From Rhodospirillales bacterium (GTDB lineage: Bacteria > Pseudomonadota > Alphaproteobacteria > Bin95): 64,000 bases of DNA. The stretch covers positions 480,001 through 544,000 of the forward strand of contig JAYQLI010000035.1 of NCBI GenBank assembly GCA_038143065.1, in the 5' to 3' direction. The notes beneath the pieces are model-generated. The model worked only from the letters and a program-made list of their open reading frames with translations. It did no database searches and was not told where the DNA came from. The translations under genes and the position numbers were made by a program. Below, in pieces: positions 46,909 to 57,806 of this stretch (within the stretch, counting starts at the first letter, position 1; each line of letters opens with the position of its first letter).

Positions 46909-47458
46909 TCACTCATAATCTGTTAATCGAAAGAATGGACAATTTCTCGACCAAGTAATTGAGCAGTTGCATTGAAATTTGCTCTTATCTCCGAGCCAAA
47001 TCTCAAAAAAGTCTTTTTTCAATTTAGGGCGCTCAAGAGTGCAGCGATCTTTACCATTTTGAAAAAATTGAACTTCTGAGTCTGAAACTGGAAGTGCGGT
47101 AATCCTGTCTCCAGGGATAACATCATCAATGCAGGCTCTAAAGGCATCTCTAAATTCGTTTAGACCTGTTTTATCACTGCCTAAACGCGCCATCTCTTTT
47201 GCGGTAGTCTTTGCTAGGGATTTAGCTGAAAACTCACGGGTATATGTGAGGGTTAGTGCGAATGGCTGTGACCAATTAAATGTTTTTTTCTTTACTCCAA
47301 AGAGTGGCATCAAAAATACGCCAAAAAAGCAGTCTAACACTCGCACTGCCTACCATATTTTGTCCTGCGGCAAGGGATGCGAGTTCTGGTGGTGGGGCAG
47401 ACATAGCAAGCCCCGGCCAAAGGATTATCACGCTAAATAATATTCCAACTTTACGCAT
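46909..47458 (-). CDS. Chalcone-isomerase-like exported protein (frameshifted)
   Basis: Signal peptide, W.IFDATLW, F.L.L.Y.R, DV.PGD, FFEIWLG. Confidence 0.78.
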
Positions 47459-48661
47459 GAGAAAGCTCGATCTGGATGACGTCGGTGCGGCCAGATGAGA
47501 AAGTTGCTGCACAGATTGCTAAATAGTAGCGCCATACTCGGACGAACCGGTCGTCATAACCAAGGTCATGTATCTCTGATAATGAGGCTTCAAACTTGTC
47601 TAACCATAGCCGTAAGGTTTTTGCGTAGTCTTTACCAAAGCGGAATAAGCCGTCGACTTTAAGGCCAGCGTTTTCAGCCGAAACTCTCTTATTTTTGAGG
47701 AGATAACAACATGCCCCCTGGAAAAACATGCTGCCGTATAAAATCTGAGCGGCTACGATAAATAGGGAAATAGCTATCTTCTACTACAATTGCTTGAATT
47801 GCAGCTTTGCCATGATCTGCTAGACAATCTTTAATAGTCTTGAAATATCTTGGCCAATATTGCTCGCCAACTGCCTCGATCATTTCGATCGAGACGATAC
47901 TATCGAACTTTCCTTTGATATCGCGATAATCTTTAAGCTGAATGTCAGCTTCATTCTTAAGCCGTTGTGTTGCGTAATGATGTTGTCTTGGAGAGATGGT
48001 TATTGCTGTAAGATCACGACCTGCTTCGACAGCTAATTCTGCAAATCCGCCCCATCCACATCCTATTTCTAAAGTCTTTTTGCCCGCAGTGGCCGTTATA
48101 TCAAGTAACCGCTGGTATTTTCTTTTTTGAGCGGTGGCGAGATCATCAGAAGCATTTGAAAATAATGCACTGGAGTAGGTCATCGTTTCATCAAGCCAGA
48201 GACGATAAAAATCATCCCTACGTCGTAATGAGCGGTAATATTACGAACGCTTCCTTTGCGGTTATTTCTGCGGATTATTCTGTCAGAAACAATAAGGAAA
48301 AGCCTTTTGAGTGGATTAGCACTTAACTCAGCTTCAAACGCCGCAGCGTTATCAATCGTAAACCTTGCTAGAGCTTCAATATCTGGACTGTCCCATAATC
48401 CTTCGAGATAAGCTTCACCCCAACCTACGTCACCCTTGGAAACAAGAGCACTTATTGCTCCCCAATGTTTAATTGTTACTTCAGCACGAGGTTCCCCACT
48501 ACCAATTAATTGTGCCTTCCAGAGGGGTAGATAACTTGAAGAGAACCACGCTCGGAGCGCTCTCCAATCTTTACAAGGCGCCTGGCTAACGCCCTTAAAA
48601 CACTGGCTTCAGTGGAGTGGTCTTCAATTTTAAGTTGAGAGTAGAGATTGGAATGGGTCAT
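47451..48661 (-). CDS. cfa: Cyclopropane-fatty-acyl-phospholipid synthase family methyltransferase (CfaS/UfaM-like), frameshifted
   Basis: MTYSSA, LEIGCGWG, SIEMIEAVG, FPGGML, W.YYL..C...F. Confidence 0.9.
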
Positions 48662-49431
48662 GCGGTTATATCTTCCGAAGGAGGACTTGGACGTTTGCGA
48701 AAAGTTGCACCTTTGAGCACAAGCTTTAGCGCCTGCCAGTGTATTAAACCGCTTACACTTATTCCACCAAATGGCCTTTTTAAGGCCATGTAGAGAGCAT
48801 GTTTGATGGACATTTCTTTAAAATGACCAGAGAGGGTTGCCCTAAGTCCTCCATCTTCATGACGATGATCGATTACAATCGAAAAATAGTTTTCGTGAAG
48901 GTCAAAGCTAAAATTATAATTTCCAATGATTTGCTGAAATGGGGAGACATGAAATCGTTTTGGTAAACAAATCTGTACTCCACCTTCCAGCCTGTCGTCT
49001 CCCTCAGCCCTGCAGAAGTAAGAATGTCTATCACCATAGGTATTATTAACCTCTGCCAGAACAGCCAGAACCTCTCCTAACTTGTTAACAAAGAACCAAA
49101 AACTTACGGGATTGAATAAAAACCCGAACCGCCTTGGCTGGGTCAGAAGCCACAAACTGTCAATTTCATTTTTTACCAAACCTTGGTGTTGTGCTTGCTC
49201 TAATGCCCAATCGGACATTGAGCCATTACCGGTACCGTGGTCTTTATCTAAAATCCCAACTGGCGAATATTTATTCTTTGAAAAAGGGAAGGGGAGGTAT
49301 CCAGCATTAGGCCAAATGCGCACCAACACGAGGTCTATTGAGTACGAAAATCGATTGTCAGGAGCGTCCAGCCGGCCATGCCAGGTTTTGCCATCGAGCA
49401 CAGCCGCACCATTGTTTGGCCAATAAATCAT
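48658..49431 (-). CDS. DUF1365 protein (UfaO/RSP1090-like)
   Basis: H.R, FNPVSFWF, AEVNNT.GDRHSY, KRFHVSPF, IHWQALKL. Confidence 0.88.
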   Translation of the reverse strand: MIYWPNNGAAVLDGKTWHGRLDAPDNRFSYSIDLVLVRIWPNAGYLPFPFSKNKYSPVGILDKDHGTGNGSMSDWALEQAQHQGLVKNEIDSLWLLTQPRRFGFLFNPVSFWFFVNKLGEVLAVLAEVNNTYGDRHSYFCRAEGDDRLEGGVQICLPKRFHVSPFQQIIGNYNFSFDLHENYFSIVIDHRHEDGGLRATLSGHFKEMSIKHALYMALKRPFGGISVSGLIHWQALKLVLKGATFRKRPSPPSEDITA

Positions 49432-50704
49432 GCGAAAGCCGAACTCAACGCTTTTAGCGGCAGTTATTCCGCTCAAAAGTCCATCCTCATGGAAACCATA
49501 CCTATGGTATGCACCTGCAAACCAAAGATTACCATCACCCTGTAATTTTTCTAATTTTGACTGCGCTTGAACTGCCCTGCCATCAAACTGAGGATGGGCA
49601 AATTTGGCCGTAGAATAAATATGAGAGCTCTGTATTGGCCGATTTGGATTTAGCGTTACAAAAATGTTTTCTGGGCAAGAAAGTCCTTGAAGATTATTCA
49701 TCCAGTATGTGACACCAATTTTTTCTGGATTTTCACCGAGACTTCCTACGTAATTCCAGCTCGACCAACAGCTTGATCGTTTAGGCATGAAGCTTGGATC
49801 ACTGTGCATTACTACTTCATTGGACGAATATCGAATACTACTGAGCGCAGATGATAGAGTCAGGGGAGCATCAGAAATCAGTTTTAAGGCTTGATCAGAG
49901 TGGCAGGCTAACACAACTACATCAAACTGCTCGGCAGGCATCCCAACTGGCTTAACTAGAGGAGCGTTTCCTCCCTTAACCATTTCAATTGGTTGAGCTT
50001 TTCGGATAGAAACACCTAGATTGAGAAGATAAGCCTCAAGCTGTTGCACATAGACCTGGCTACCACCTTCAACAGTGCGCCATTCAGGTTGTCCGGTTGC
50101 TGCCAGTAATCCATGGTTATGAAAAAATCTGCACATGGTAGCGGCGGGGAAATCTAAAATTTCTGATGGAGCAGCGCTCCATATCGCTCCAGCAAATGGC
50201 AAAAGGTAACGTTCTTCGAAAGTTCTACTCATTCCAATTTCTTTGAGGAATGCGCCCAAGCTTAAGTTTTCCTTATCCAAAGCGAGGTGAGCCTTTTTAT
50301 TAAACTTAAGAATATCGACGACCATTTTGTAAAAACTTGGTCGAAGCAAATTTTGCCGCTGACCCACAAGAGCGCTCAAACGGAGGCCATATTCAAATCG
50401 GCCGTTATCAAAACTCAGCAGAAACGACATATTTGATTTTTTTGTTGGAGTTCTAACTCGCTAAAAAGTGCTCTTAGATTTGATAGTTTCTATCGTTAAA
50501 TACGATGAACCCCATATCAGTTGGGATATCTCTGTTTGCACCCGCCATTACTGTATGCGCATGACCGCCAAGTTTATCACTGGCTTCAAAAACAGTTACA
50601 TTGTGGTCTAATACAAGAGCACGAGCTGCTCCTAATCCAGAAATGCCAGCGCCAACAATGGCGATATTACGTCGGCTTTTATTTATGAGAGGGTCAAAAG
50701 GCAT
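49428..50704 (-). CDS. FAD-dependent oxidoreductase (UfaD/RSP1091-like), frameshifted
   Basis: IVGAGISGL, LGGHA.T, D.GFIVFN..NY, WSSWNY, TYWMN.LQ, GFHEDG. Confidence 0.88.
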
Positions 50705-50734
50705 CAGGACTCTCAGGGTCTAATTTTAGATCTA

Positions 50735-50760
50735 TACGTTGATTGTTATTATTTGGATTT
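50735..50760 (-). promoter_or_regulatory. Putative RpoE (ECF11, sigmaE-ChrR type) promoter
   Basis: AAATCC-N16-CGTA about 30 nt upstream of the ufaD-like start, versus consensus TGATCC-N16-CGTA. Confidence 0.45.
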
Positions 50761-50777
50761 ACTTTGTTTATTTTAAG

Positions 50778-52294
50778 TTATCGAGAAAATATTTGGCCTG
50801 AACAGAAATGTTTTTTCTTTGTTTTTCTGTAAAGCGCTTCAATGTTTTTGTATGGAAACGCCATTCTAGGGTTATCTTCTAAGACATCCTGGTTTCTAAC
50901 CATAAAATCCCAATACAGATAATTAAATGGGCAGGCGTTTGATCCTTCCCGTTTTTTGACATCATACCTGCATGATCTGCAGTAATCAGACATTCGATTT
51001 ATATAAGCGCCCGAAGCGGCATAAGGCTTTGAAGCGAGCAAGCCGCCGTCTGCGTATAGAGCCATTCCAATAGTGTTTGGATGCTCTACCCATTCAAAAG
51101 CATCAGCATAGACGGACAGGTACCACTCAGATGTTTCCGCAGGATCAATTCCAGCTAAAAGAGCGAAGTTACCGGTTACCATTAATCTTTGAATATGGTG
51201 TGCGTATGCATACTCGCTGGTTGCATTAATCGCGTCTGAAATGCAGCGCATATCGGTTTTTCCAGTCCAATACAGGTCTGGAAGTGGACGGTTTGCATTG
51301 AAGAAATTTGATTCCTTATAGCCCGGCATTCGATACCAATATATGCCTCGTATATATTCCCGCCATCCGAGAATTTGCCTTATAAATCCTTCGGCTGCAT
51401 TAATTGGAACACGACCACTATCATAAGCGGCTTCCGCTTTTAGCGCAGACCTCTTTTGGACTTAGAAGTCCGATATTAATGTAAGGTGCAAGTAGGCTGT
51501 GAAATAGAAAAGAGTTGTTTGCTTTCATAGCATCTTGGTAATCGCCGAAATTTTCCAAACATGCCTCAATAAAATGGTCTAATGCCGCTAGGAGCGTCTG
51601 TCCTTTGCACAGCCCAATTAAATTTTCTAAGCTGCCAAAATGCTGGCTAAAATATTCTTCTACCAGGGCTATGACATCTAAAACCTTTTCATTTGGGGGG
51701 AATTTAAGCCGATCGGGCAATTCAACAGTTTTAGGTAATGATTTACGATTAGATTGGTCAAAATTCCACTTGCCGCCCTTTGGGGAATTCCCATCCATTA
51801 AAATCCCTGTCTTTCGGCGCAATTCACGATAAAAGAACTCCCATTCGAAGAGATTTCCGATTTTTTGCCCACGCTTCAAAATCATTAATATCTGAAAAAA
51901 ACCTATCATCTTTTCGGATAACTACATCGGTAGGATGGTTTTTTGCCCAGTTACTTAATTGGTCAAAAAGCCGATATTCAGCAGGTGCAGTGATACAAAT
52001 CAAATCTGGGGAAAGATCTTCAATCGCTCTATCTAATTCACCAATTATTGAACCGGAGTTTTCGACATCGTCTAAATTCGTATAACGAACTTGGAACCCT
52101 TCGCTTTTGAGTTCCTCTGCGAAGTGGCGCATGGCTGATAATATAAATGCTATCTTCTGTTTGTGGTGTTTGACATATGTTGCTTCCTGCATAACTTCGG
52201 CCATCAAGATGACGTCAGTTCTACTATCAATCCCCTCAAGGGCACTGATATTTCTATTGAGTTGGTCTCCTAATATTAACCTAAGCGTTTTCAT
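50778..52294 (-). CDS. FeS-cluster bacterial cryptochrome/(6-4) photolyase (PhrB/CryB family), frameshifted
   Basis: LILGDQL, HHKQKI, GGKWNFD, FGDYQDAM, HHIQRLM, SKPYAASG.YI.RMSDYC..C, ACPF. Confidence 0.92.
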
Positions 52295-52307
52295 AAAATT
52301 CTCGTCA

Positions 52308-53006
52308 TCACCATGGGATTGGTTTGCCGAGGTGGTCAAAGAATTGCCCAGGTCTTGAGTTGTAAGCTTACCCAGTACAGACAAAATCTGTTTTGATGCT
52401 ATCTCTGGGGTGCGAACATCCAGCCCATTTTTTGAAAAAGGCTTTGAAAGTTCAGTTGAAGTTGTACCAGGATGAATACTTACTAGGACGCTATCCACAT
52501 TAGTCCGACGCAGTTCTACAGCCATGGTTTTTATGATCTGGTTCAAAGCTGCTTTTGAAGCCCGATAGGAGTGCCACCCTCCAAGAGAATTGTCGCCAAT
52601 ACTTCCTACTCTTGCTGACAAGCAAGCGAATACAGATCCTTCGCCTTTGGGGGCGAGTGGTAAAAAATGTTTTAATAATAGTGCTGGGCCAATTGTGTTG
52701 ATAGCGAACGAATTGGACAGTGATGCCGCCGATAGGTCTTTCAACCTTTTTCTGGTCGCTGATCTAAACCATGCAAAAACCAGTGGCCACAATCAATAAT
52801 TTAATTTTTATGTCAGATGCAGCCAATTCTTGTGCCGCGTTCATAATTGAAACTTCGTTAAGTAGATCTATATTTGGCGAGCTTTTCCTGTCAATTGCGA
52901 CGACTTTGTCAAAACTTTTATCAAGGTTAAGCTGGTTACACAGGGCGGAGCCTATTCCACCTGAAGACCCGATTACTACAGCAGCTGATTTTTCTGAGTG
53001 TGTCAT
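52308..53006 (-). CDS. CsgA/C-factor-like short-chain dehydrogenase (frameshifted)
   Basis: GSSGGIG, SARVGSIGDN.LGGW.SYRASKAALN, HPGT..T.LS.PF. The corrected tail reads GKPIPW*. Confidence 0.88.
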
Positions 53007-53086
53007 GAAGAAGAACTTATGCCGACTGAATCGTAAACCAATCCGCTGCTCTGAATAATTACCAAGCCTGTTACAATTTGTAGACT

Positions 53087-53161
53087 TGGAGCGGGAGAAG
53101 GGATTCGAACCCTCGACCCTCACGTTGGCAACGTGATGCTCTACCCCTGAGCTACTCCCGC
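53087..53161 (-). tRNA. tRNA-Gly(GCC)
   Basis: GCGGGAGTAGCTCAGGGGTAGAGCATCACG-TTGCCAA-CGTGAGGGTCGAGGGTTCGAATCCCTTCTCCCGCTCCA. Confidence 0.97.
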
Positions 53162-53337
53162 GTTACAGGTTTTCTGAGTGAAACACTGTATTTCCGGTTT
53201 ATGTACGAAGCGGTTAATGTGTGCAAGCTTAAATTTATGCGCCCGCGCTACTTTTTGGGGATTTAGTATATTTATCGGTGTAGCTGAGGCCTTTTTAAGA
53301 ATGAAATAAGATTTGTCTTGGAAACATTTAAACTCTT

Positions 53338-53940
53338 TTACCCAAGTCTGTATTCAAGGAATTCCAAGCGATCCTGCCCCCAAAAGATTTCTTCATCAGT
53401 TACGTAGCTTGGTATCCCAAAAACACCGCGATCAAGGGCTCGGTTAGTGTTGTCTTCAAACTCTTCAAGAACCCCATGGTCCTGGAGGCTGCATTAATTA
53501 CCACATCTCCAGGCAGCCCAACTGTTTCAATTATTTCAGACAAGGTATTCCAATCATTAATATCTTTGTCATCAACCCAACAAGCTTTTGGTATTTCATA
53601 AACCAAAGGTCCAGGGTCAGCGCCTAAGCGGTCTGCTGCTATAACTACACAAGCGGCCCGCTTCTGAGAGACTGGATAAAATGCAGGTTTCTCAGAGAGG
53701 CAATCGGTAACGCTCTGCCCAGCGGCGCATCTCCATTTTACCGTAGGTCCGGTGTAAATCTGACCTTTCTGGGGGATCTGCATTACCGATCAGCCTAAGC
53801 ATCATTTCTCTTAAATCTACGGGAAAATATCGGATTGTTGCGTTTGCTTGGTTTGCAATTGCTTCAAGACGTTTCTGCCCCAAGCAAACCCAGGGTGAGT
53901 TTAAACAAAAGTAAAAGTCAATTTTTCTATTTTCGATCAA
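53338..53940 (-). CDS. DsbA-fold HCCA isomerase/kappa-GST family protein (frameshifted)
   Basis: DFYF...SPW, E..RW, GVFGIPSY...FWGQDRL. Confidence 0.85.
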
Positions 53941-54569
53941 ACCGGTCCCTCCACCTTGTATGGTTGAATGGTCCTTGAAAGGGCGCGCTCCACAAAGTCT
54001 AACCGATCTTGACCCCAGAAAGGTTCGTCATTGATGACGTATGTTGGAGCACCAAAAACCTGTTCGGTCATGGCCTCACCTGTTAAAGCTGCAGCAGCCT
54101 CTGAAATTGTTTCTGAGGTTGCCTGCTCGAGAAGTAATGGCCCATCAAATCCTGCTTCATTAGCAATTAGAACAAGAGTTTCTGGATTGCCGATATCTTT
54201 TTCTTCTCCCAAGCACGCCAGCATCACTGAATGAGCAAGTCGACCAGTTTCAAGACCCAGTTTTTCTGAAGCTATTCATAGCTTGTTACCAAGGTCTGGA
54301 TTTTTCGGATTGAATTTTGGGCGAAGGTTTAATTTGATCCCTCTAAAATCTCGCCAGCGCTGCAATTCAAATAGACGATATCTGCGCCGTTGTTCTGAAC
54401 GTTGAGGAAGAGGTAAACCACCTGATTGAGCAAATATGGGCCCAAAATCGACCGGTTTATAAGAAATTATCCAGTTATACTCTTTACACATGTTCACGAA
54501 TTTTTGGTGTCCTAGATAACTCCAGGGTGAGGTGACTGTGAAATAATAATCAACTGTATTGTTGGTCAC
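53937..54569 (-). CDS. DsbA-fold HCCA isomerase/kappa-GST family protein (frameshifted)
   Basis: DYYF...SPWSYLG, ELQRW, VFGAPTY...FWGQDRL. Confidence 0.88.
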
Positions 54570-54582
54570 TGGATATGTCTTT

Positions 54583-55690
54583 CTATGTGTTTGTTAAACG
54601 TAATACTTGTCTTGCTACGCTAGCCGATGCGGTGAGACCAGGCGACTCAATACCGAACAAATTGATTAATCCTGGTGTTCCGTGGTCGGAAGGACCTTGC
54701 ACTAGAAAATCTGGCTGCGGCTCGCCAGGACCATGTATTTTAGGACGTATACCAGAGTATGCTGGGACTAGAGCCCCATCCTGAAGGTCAGGATAATACG
54801 CTCGAACAGCGTCATAGAAACTATCTGCTCGAGATGGATCTACGTCATAATTTTTTCATCTATCCACTCTATATCCGGCCCAAATTTGCACTGCCCGGCT
54901 AAATCAACGGTAACGTGCACGCCAAGCGCTCCAGGTACTGGCATCGGATATACGAGACGGCTAAAAGGCTGGGCTCCTAGCAAGCTAAAGTAATTGCCTT
55001 TTGCAATAGATGCTTTTGAAATCTATCGGGTAAAACACCGTTAATACTCTTCGCAGTGGCGATGGCGTCTAAGCCGGCAGAATTCACAACGAGATTAGCA
55101 GCTAGGCTCATCGGTTCATCACCACCAACGTCTATTTCTATGCCATTATTTTCTAGCACCCGCCCACCGGTAACAGGGGAGAGGAAAGCAATCATAGCGC
55201 CAGCAGCCTCAGCATCGCCTTGATATGAAAGCATAAGAGAGTGGCTATCAATTACACCAGTTGATGGTGATAGAAGACCGGCTACACAGCGCACCGCTGG
55301 TTCTAATTTTTCCACATCTTTAGGAGACAAAAGCTCCAAGTCAGGAACTCCATTTTCAGCGGCTTTTTGCTTTAATGCATGGAGTCTTGGAATTTCACTT
55401 TCTTCCGTTGCTACTATTAGCTTTCCAAGCCGTTTGTGCGGAATGCCCCGTTCTGCACAATAATCGTAAAGGAAATGTTTCCCTTCAATACAAGCACGGG
55501 CCTTAAAACTGTCAGTTGGATAATAGATGCCGGCATGTATGACTTCACTATTGCGGGAACTCGTTTCAGAGCCAATCATATTTGCGGCCTCGAGAACAAT
55601 AACTTCTCGTCCAGCCTCGGCTAGAAACTTAGCACAAGCTAGGCCAACCACTCCTGCTCCAATAACTATGCAATCGACCCGCTCCGCCAT
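54583..55690 (-). CDS. lhgO: L-2-hydroxyglutarate oxidase-like FAD oxidoreductase (frameshifted)
   Basis: [43 protein letters not shown]. Confidence 0.82.
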
Positions 55691-55787
55691 TCGTACAACC
55701 TTCTTTGCAAATTATCTTAAATAGGGCATGAAAATATCTGTAAAAGATTTATCATCATCTCATAACAACAAACTAGAGGAGTAGCAG

Positions 55788-56111
55788 ATGATTTTTGATA
55801 TGCGGACGTATACCTGCAAGCCAGGTACCGTACCTGCCCATCTGAGATTATATGAAGAACATGGGTTAGCAGCACAGACAAAACATCTTGGACAACCAGT
55901 GCTTTATGGAGTGACAGAAACTGGAGCAATCAATACATATGTCCACATCTGGGCTTATGAAGACGCTGCAGATCGATCTAAACGCCGTGCAGCAATGCAG
56001 GCAGATCCGGATTGGCAAGCATTTTTAAAAATGAGTGCAGAGGCTGGATACTTACTTTCACAACAAAATCAAATTCTACAATCGGCGTCATTTTTTAAGT
56101 TTTCTCGCTGA
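55788..56111 (+). CDS. NIPSNAP family protein
   Basis: RTY..KPG, HIWAY....DR..RR. Confidence 0.88.
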   Translation: MIFDMRTYTCKPGTVPAHLRLYEEHGLAAQTKHLGQPVLYGVTETGAINTYVHIWAYEDAADRSKRRAAMQADPDWQAFLKMSAEAGYLLSQQNQILQSASFFKFSR

Positions 56112-56126
56112 TTTACTGAAGAAAAA

Positions 56127-56180
56127 TGGTTGGTTACGCGGTACTTGTATTGGTATCGCGACCCAATCATATTTTTTTTG
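56127..56180 (+). terminator. Intrinsic terminator
   Basis: Long imperfect hairpin TGGTTGGTTACGCGGTAC...GTATCGCGACCCAATCA followed by a T8 run. Confidence 0.65.
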
Positions 56181-56356
56181 TTTGTAAGAACAAAATTATG
56201 AAATTTCTGGAAGTAACTCAGTAGTTCGTAAATTAGGCTCTTTAGCAAGTTCCCGAAAATTTTAAAGCTACTAGGTTAGTATTTAAGTCGATCCTATTTG
56301 GAACGGCATTATTTGGACGCTATATGTAATGTGAGCAGAGGATAGAGAGTTTAAGA

Positions 56357-57046
56357 TTGGTACCTAAGACAGAAAAACTTGAACTCACCAAATCAACTTC
56401 GTCAGAAATTGATGCTTTTCTTGTTCGTGCTCAAACCAGAAAAACTGGCAGGATTATCTTTGCCCTGGATGCTACACAAAGTCGGCAACCAAGTTGGGAC
56501 AGGGCTGCTCATTTGCAAGCTGAGATGTTTCAGGCCGTTGAATCCCTTGGGAGCCTTGAGGTTCAACTCGTTTTTTATCGAGGGTTTGGAGAATGCAAGG
56601 CGAGTAATTGGACTTCCAATGCAAGTGAGCTTCGCCGCGTGATGCTTCGCGTCCAATGCATGGGAGGACTGACCCAGATTGGAAAAATATTAACAAATGC
56701 ACTTAGGCAAACAGAGCAAAGGTCTGTTTCTGCAGTGATATTTATAGGTGATGCATTTGAAGAGAATATAGATGAGGTGTGCCATAAAGCGGCTCAATTG
56801 GGGTTGCAGGGAACGCCTGCTCTGATGTTTCAAGAAGGGCAGGACCAGGTTGCAGCCCAGGCTTTTAAAGAAATAGCCCGCCTCACAAACGGTGCTTACT
56901 GTCCATTTGATAATTTGAGTGCTAATGCCCTCAAGGATCTTTTAAGTGCTGCTGCCGTGTATGCAGTAGGGGGTCTCAAAGCCCTTGATAATATGTCAGC
57001 AAAAGGCTCGGAGTCACTCCGCAGAGCCCTCCCGTCGTTAAAGTAA
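56357..57046 (+). CDS. VWA domain protein
   Basis: RIIFALDATQSR (MIDAS-like), GGLTQI, FIGDAFEE, IARLT.GAY. Confidence 0.85.
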   Translation: MVPKTEKLELTKSTSSEIDAFLVRAQTRKTGRIIFALDATQSRQPSWDRAAHLQAEMFQAVESLGSLEVQLVFYRGFGECKASNWTSNASELRRVMLRVQCMGGLTQIGKILTNALRQTEQRSVSAVIFIGDAFEENIDEVCHKAAQLGLQGTPALMFQEGQDQVAAQAFKEIARLTNGAYCPFDNLSANALKDLLSAAAVYAVGGLKALDNMSAKGSESLRRALPSLK

Positions 57047-57050
57047 ATTT

Positions 57051-57753
57051 ATGCTTTTATGGTTTTTAATCGGCGTTGTCGCACTGGTACTCCTACTGAT
57101 TTTAGCGCGTTGGTTAGCTAACCTTCCTACGTCGCCCCTTAAACGCGTACTTAAACTGTTTTTGAGTGTGAAAATCGGGGTTGGGGCACTTCTTTTACTA
57201 TTGCGGATAGGACTGTCACCAATAATCACAGGCCTATTAGCGCTTGCTCCAGCCATCATGGGACTGTGGACCCGTTTTAGGCGCTTTAACTCGGCTAAAA
57301 AAAGAACCTCTGGGCAGTCTTCCCACGTTTCCAGTGAATGGCTTGATATGGTGCTAGACCACGATTCAGGAGGGATTACAGGCACAATTCGCAAAGGAAC
57401 CCGTATGGGTTTTAGTTTGGATGCGCTAAACAAAAGCCAGATTAATGACTTTGCGGCTGAATGCGCCTCTGACCCTGACTCGGTCCGGTTGTTAGCGGCT
57501 TACATAAAAAGCGATTTGAAAACGAATTTTCTGAAGAGCAAAGCCAAAATGATAGTGGTAAAACTAGTCGCTCATCAATCATAACTAGAGATGAAGCATT
57601 ATCTATTCTTGGTTTGCGCGATCCTGTTAGTAAAGATGAAGTTAACGCTGCATACAAAAGACTAATTTCTAAAGTGCATCCTGATGCAGGAGGCAACGCT
57701 TTTTAGCCGCTAGAGTTAATGAAGCTCGTGATATTCTCCTGAAAGGGAGGTGA
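57051..57753 (+). CDS. Membrane-anchored DnaJ-domain protein (frameshifted)
   Basis: N-terminal TMs, LDHDSG.I.G. The shifted C-terminus reads EALSILGL..AYKRLISKVHPDAGG..NEARDILL. Confidence 0.82.
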
Positions 57754-57806
57754 TGGTCTAACCAACGATCACAAGACCCGATGTAACAATGTAAGGGAAG
57801 TGACTG

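Noticed and set aside
48658-50430. Apparent UfaD-DUF1365 fusion protein (590 aa ORF)
   Set aside because: Removing one A from the GCTAAAAGCG run gives ...AKALSSAFA-TGA overlapping the DUF1365 ATG (ATGA at 49431-49428), a normal coupled junction. Most likely a homopolymer error.
51824-52792. Apparent SDR-photolyase fusion ORF
   Set aside because: A one-base correction restores the family C-terminus GQFFDHLGKPIPW* (stop 52310-52308), and the photolyase starts separately at 52294.
52764-53123. ORF extension starting inside tRNA-Gly
   Set aside because: It overlaps the tRNA. The real SDR start is the ATG at 53006.
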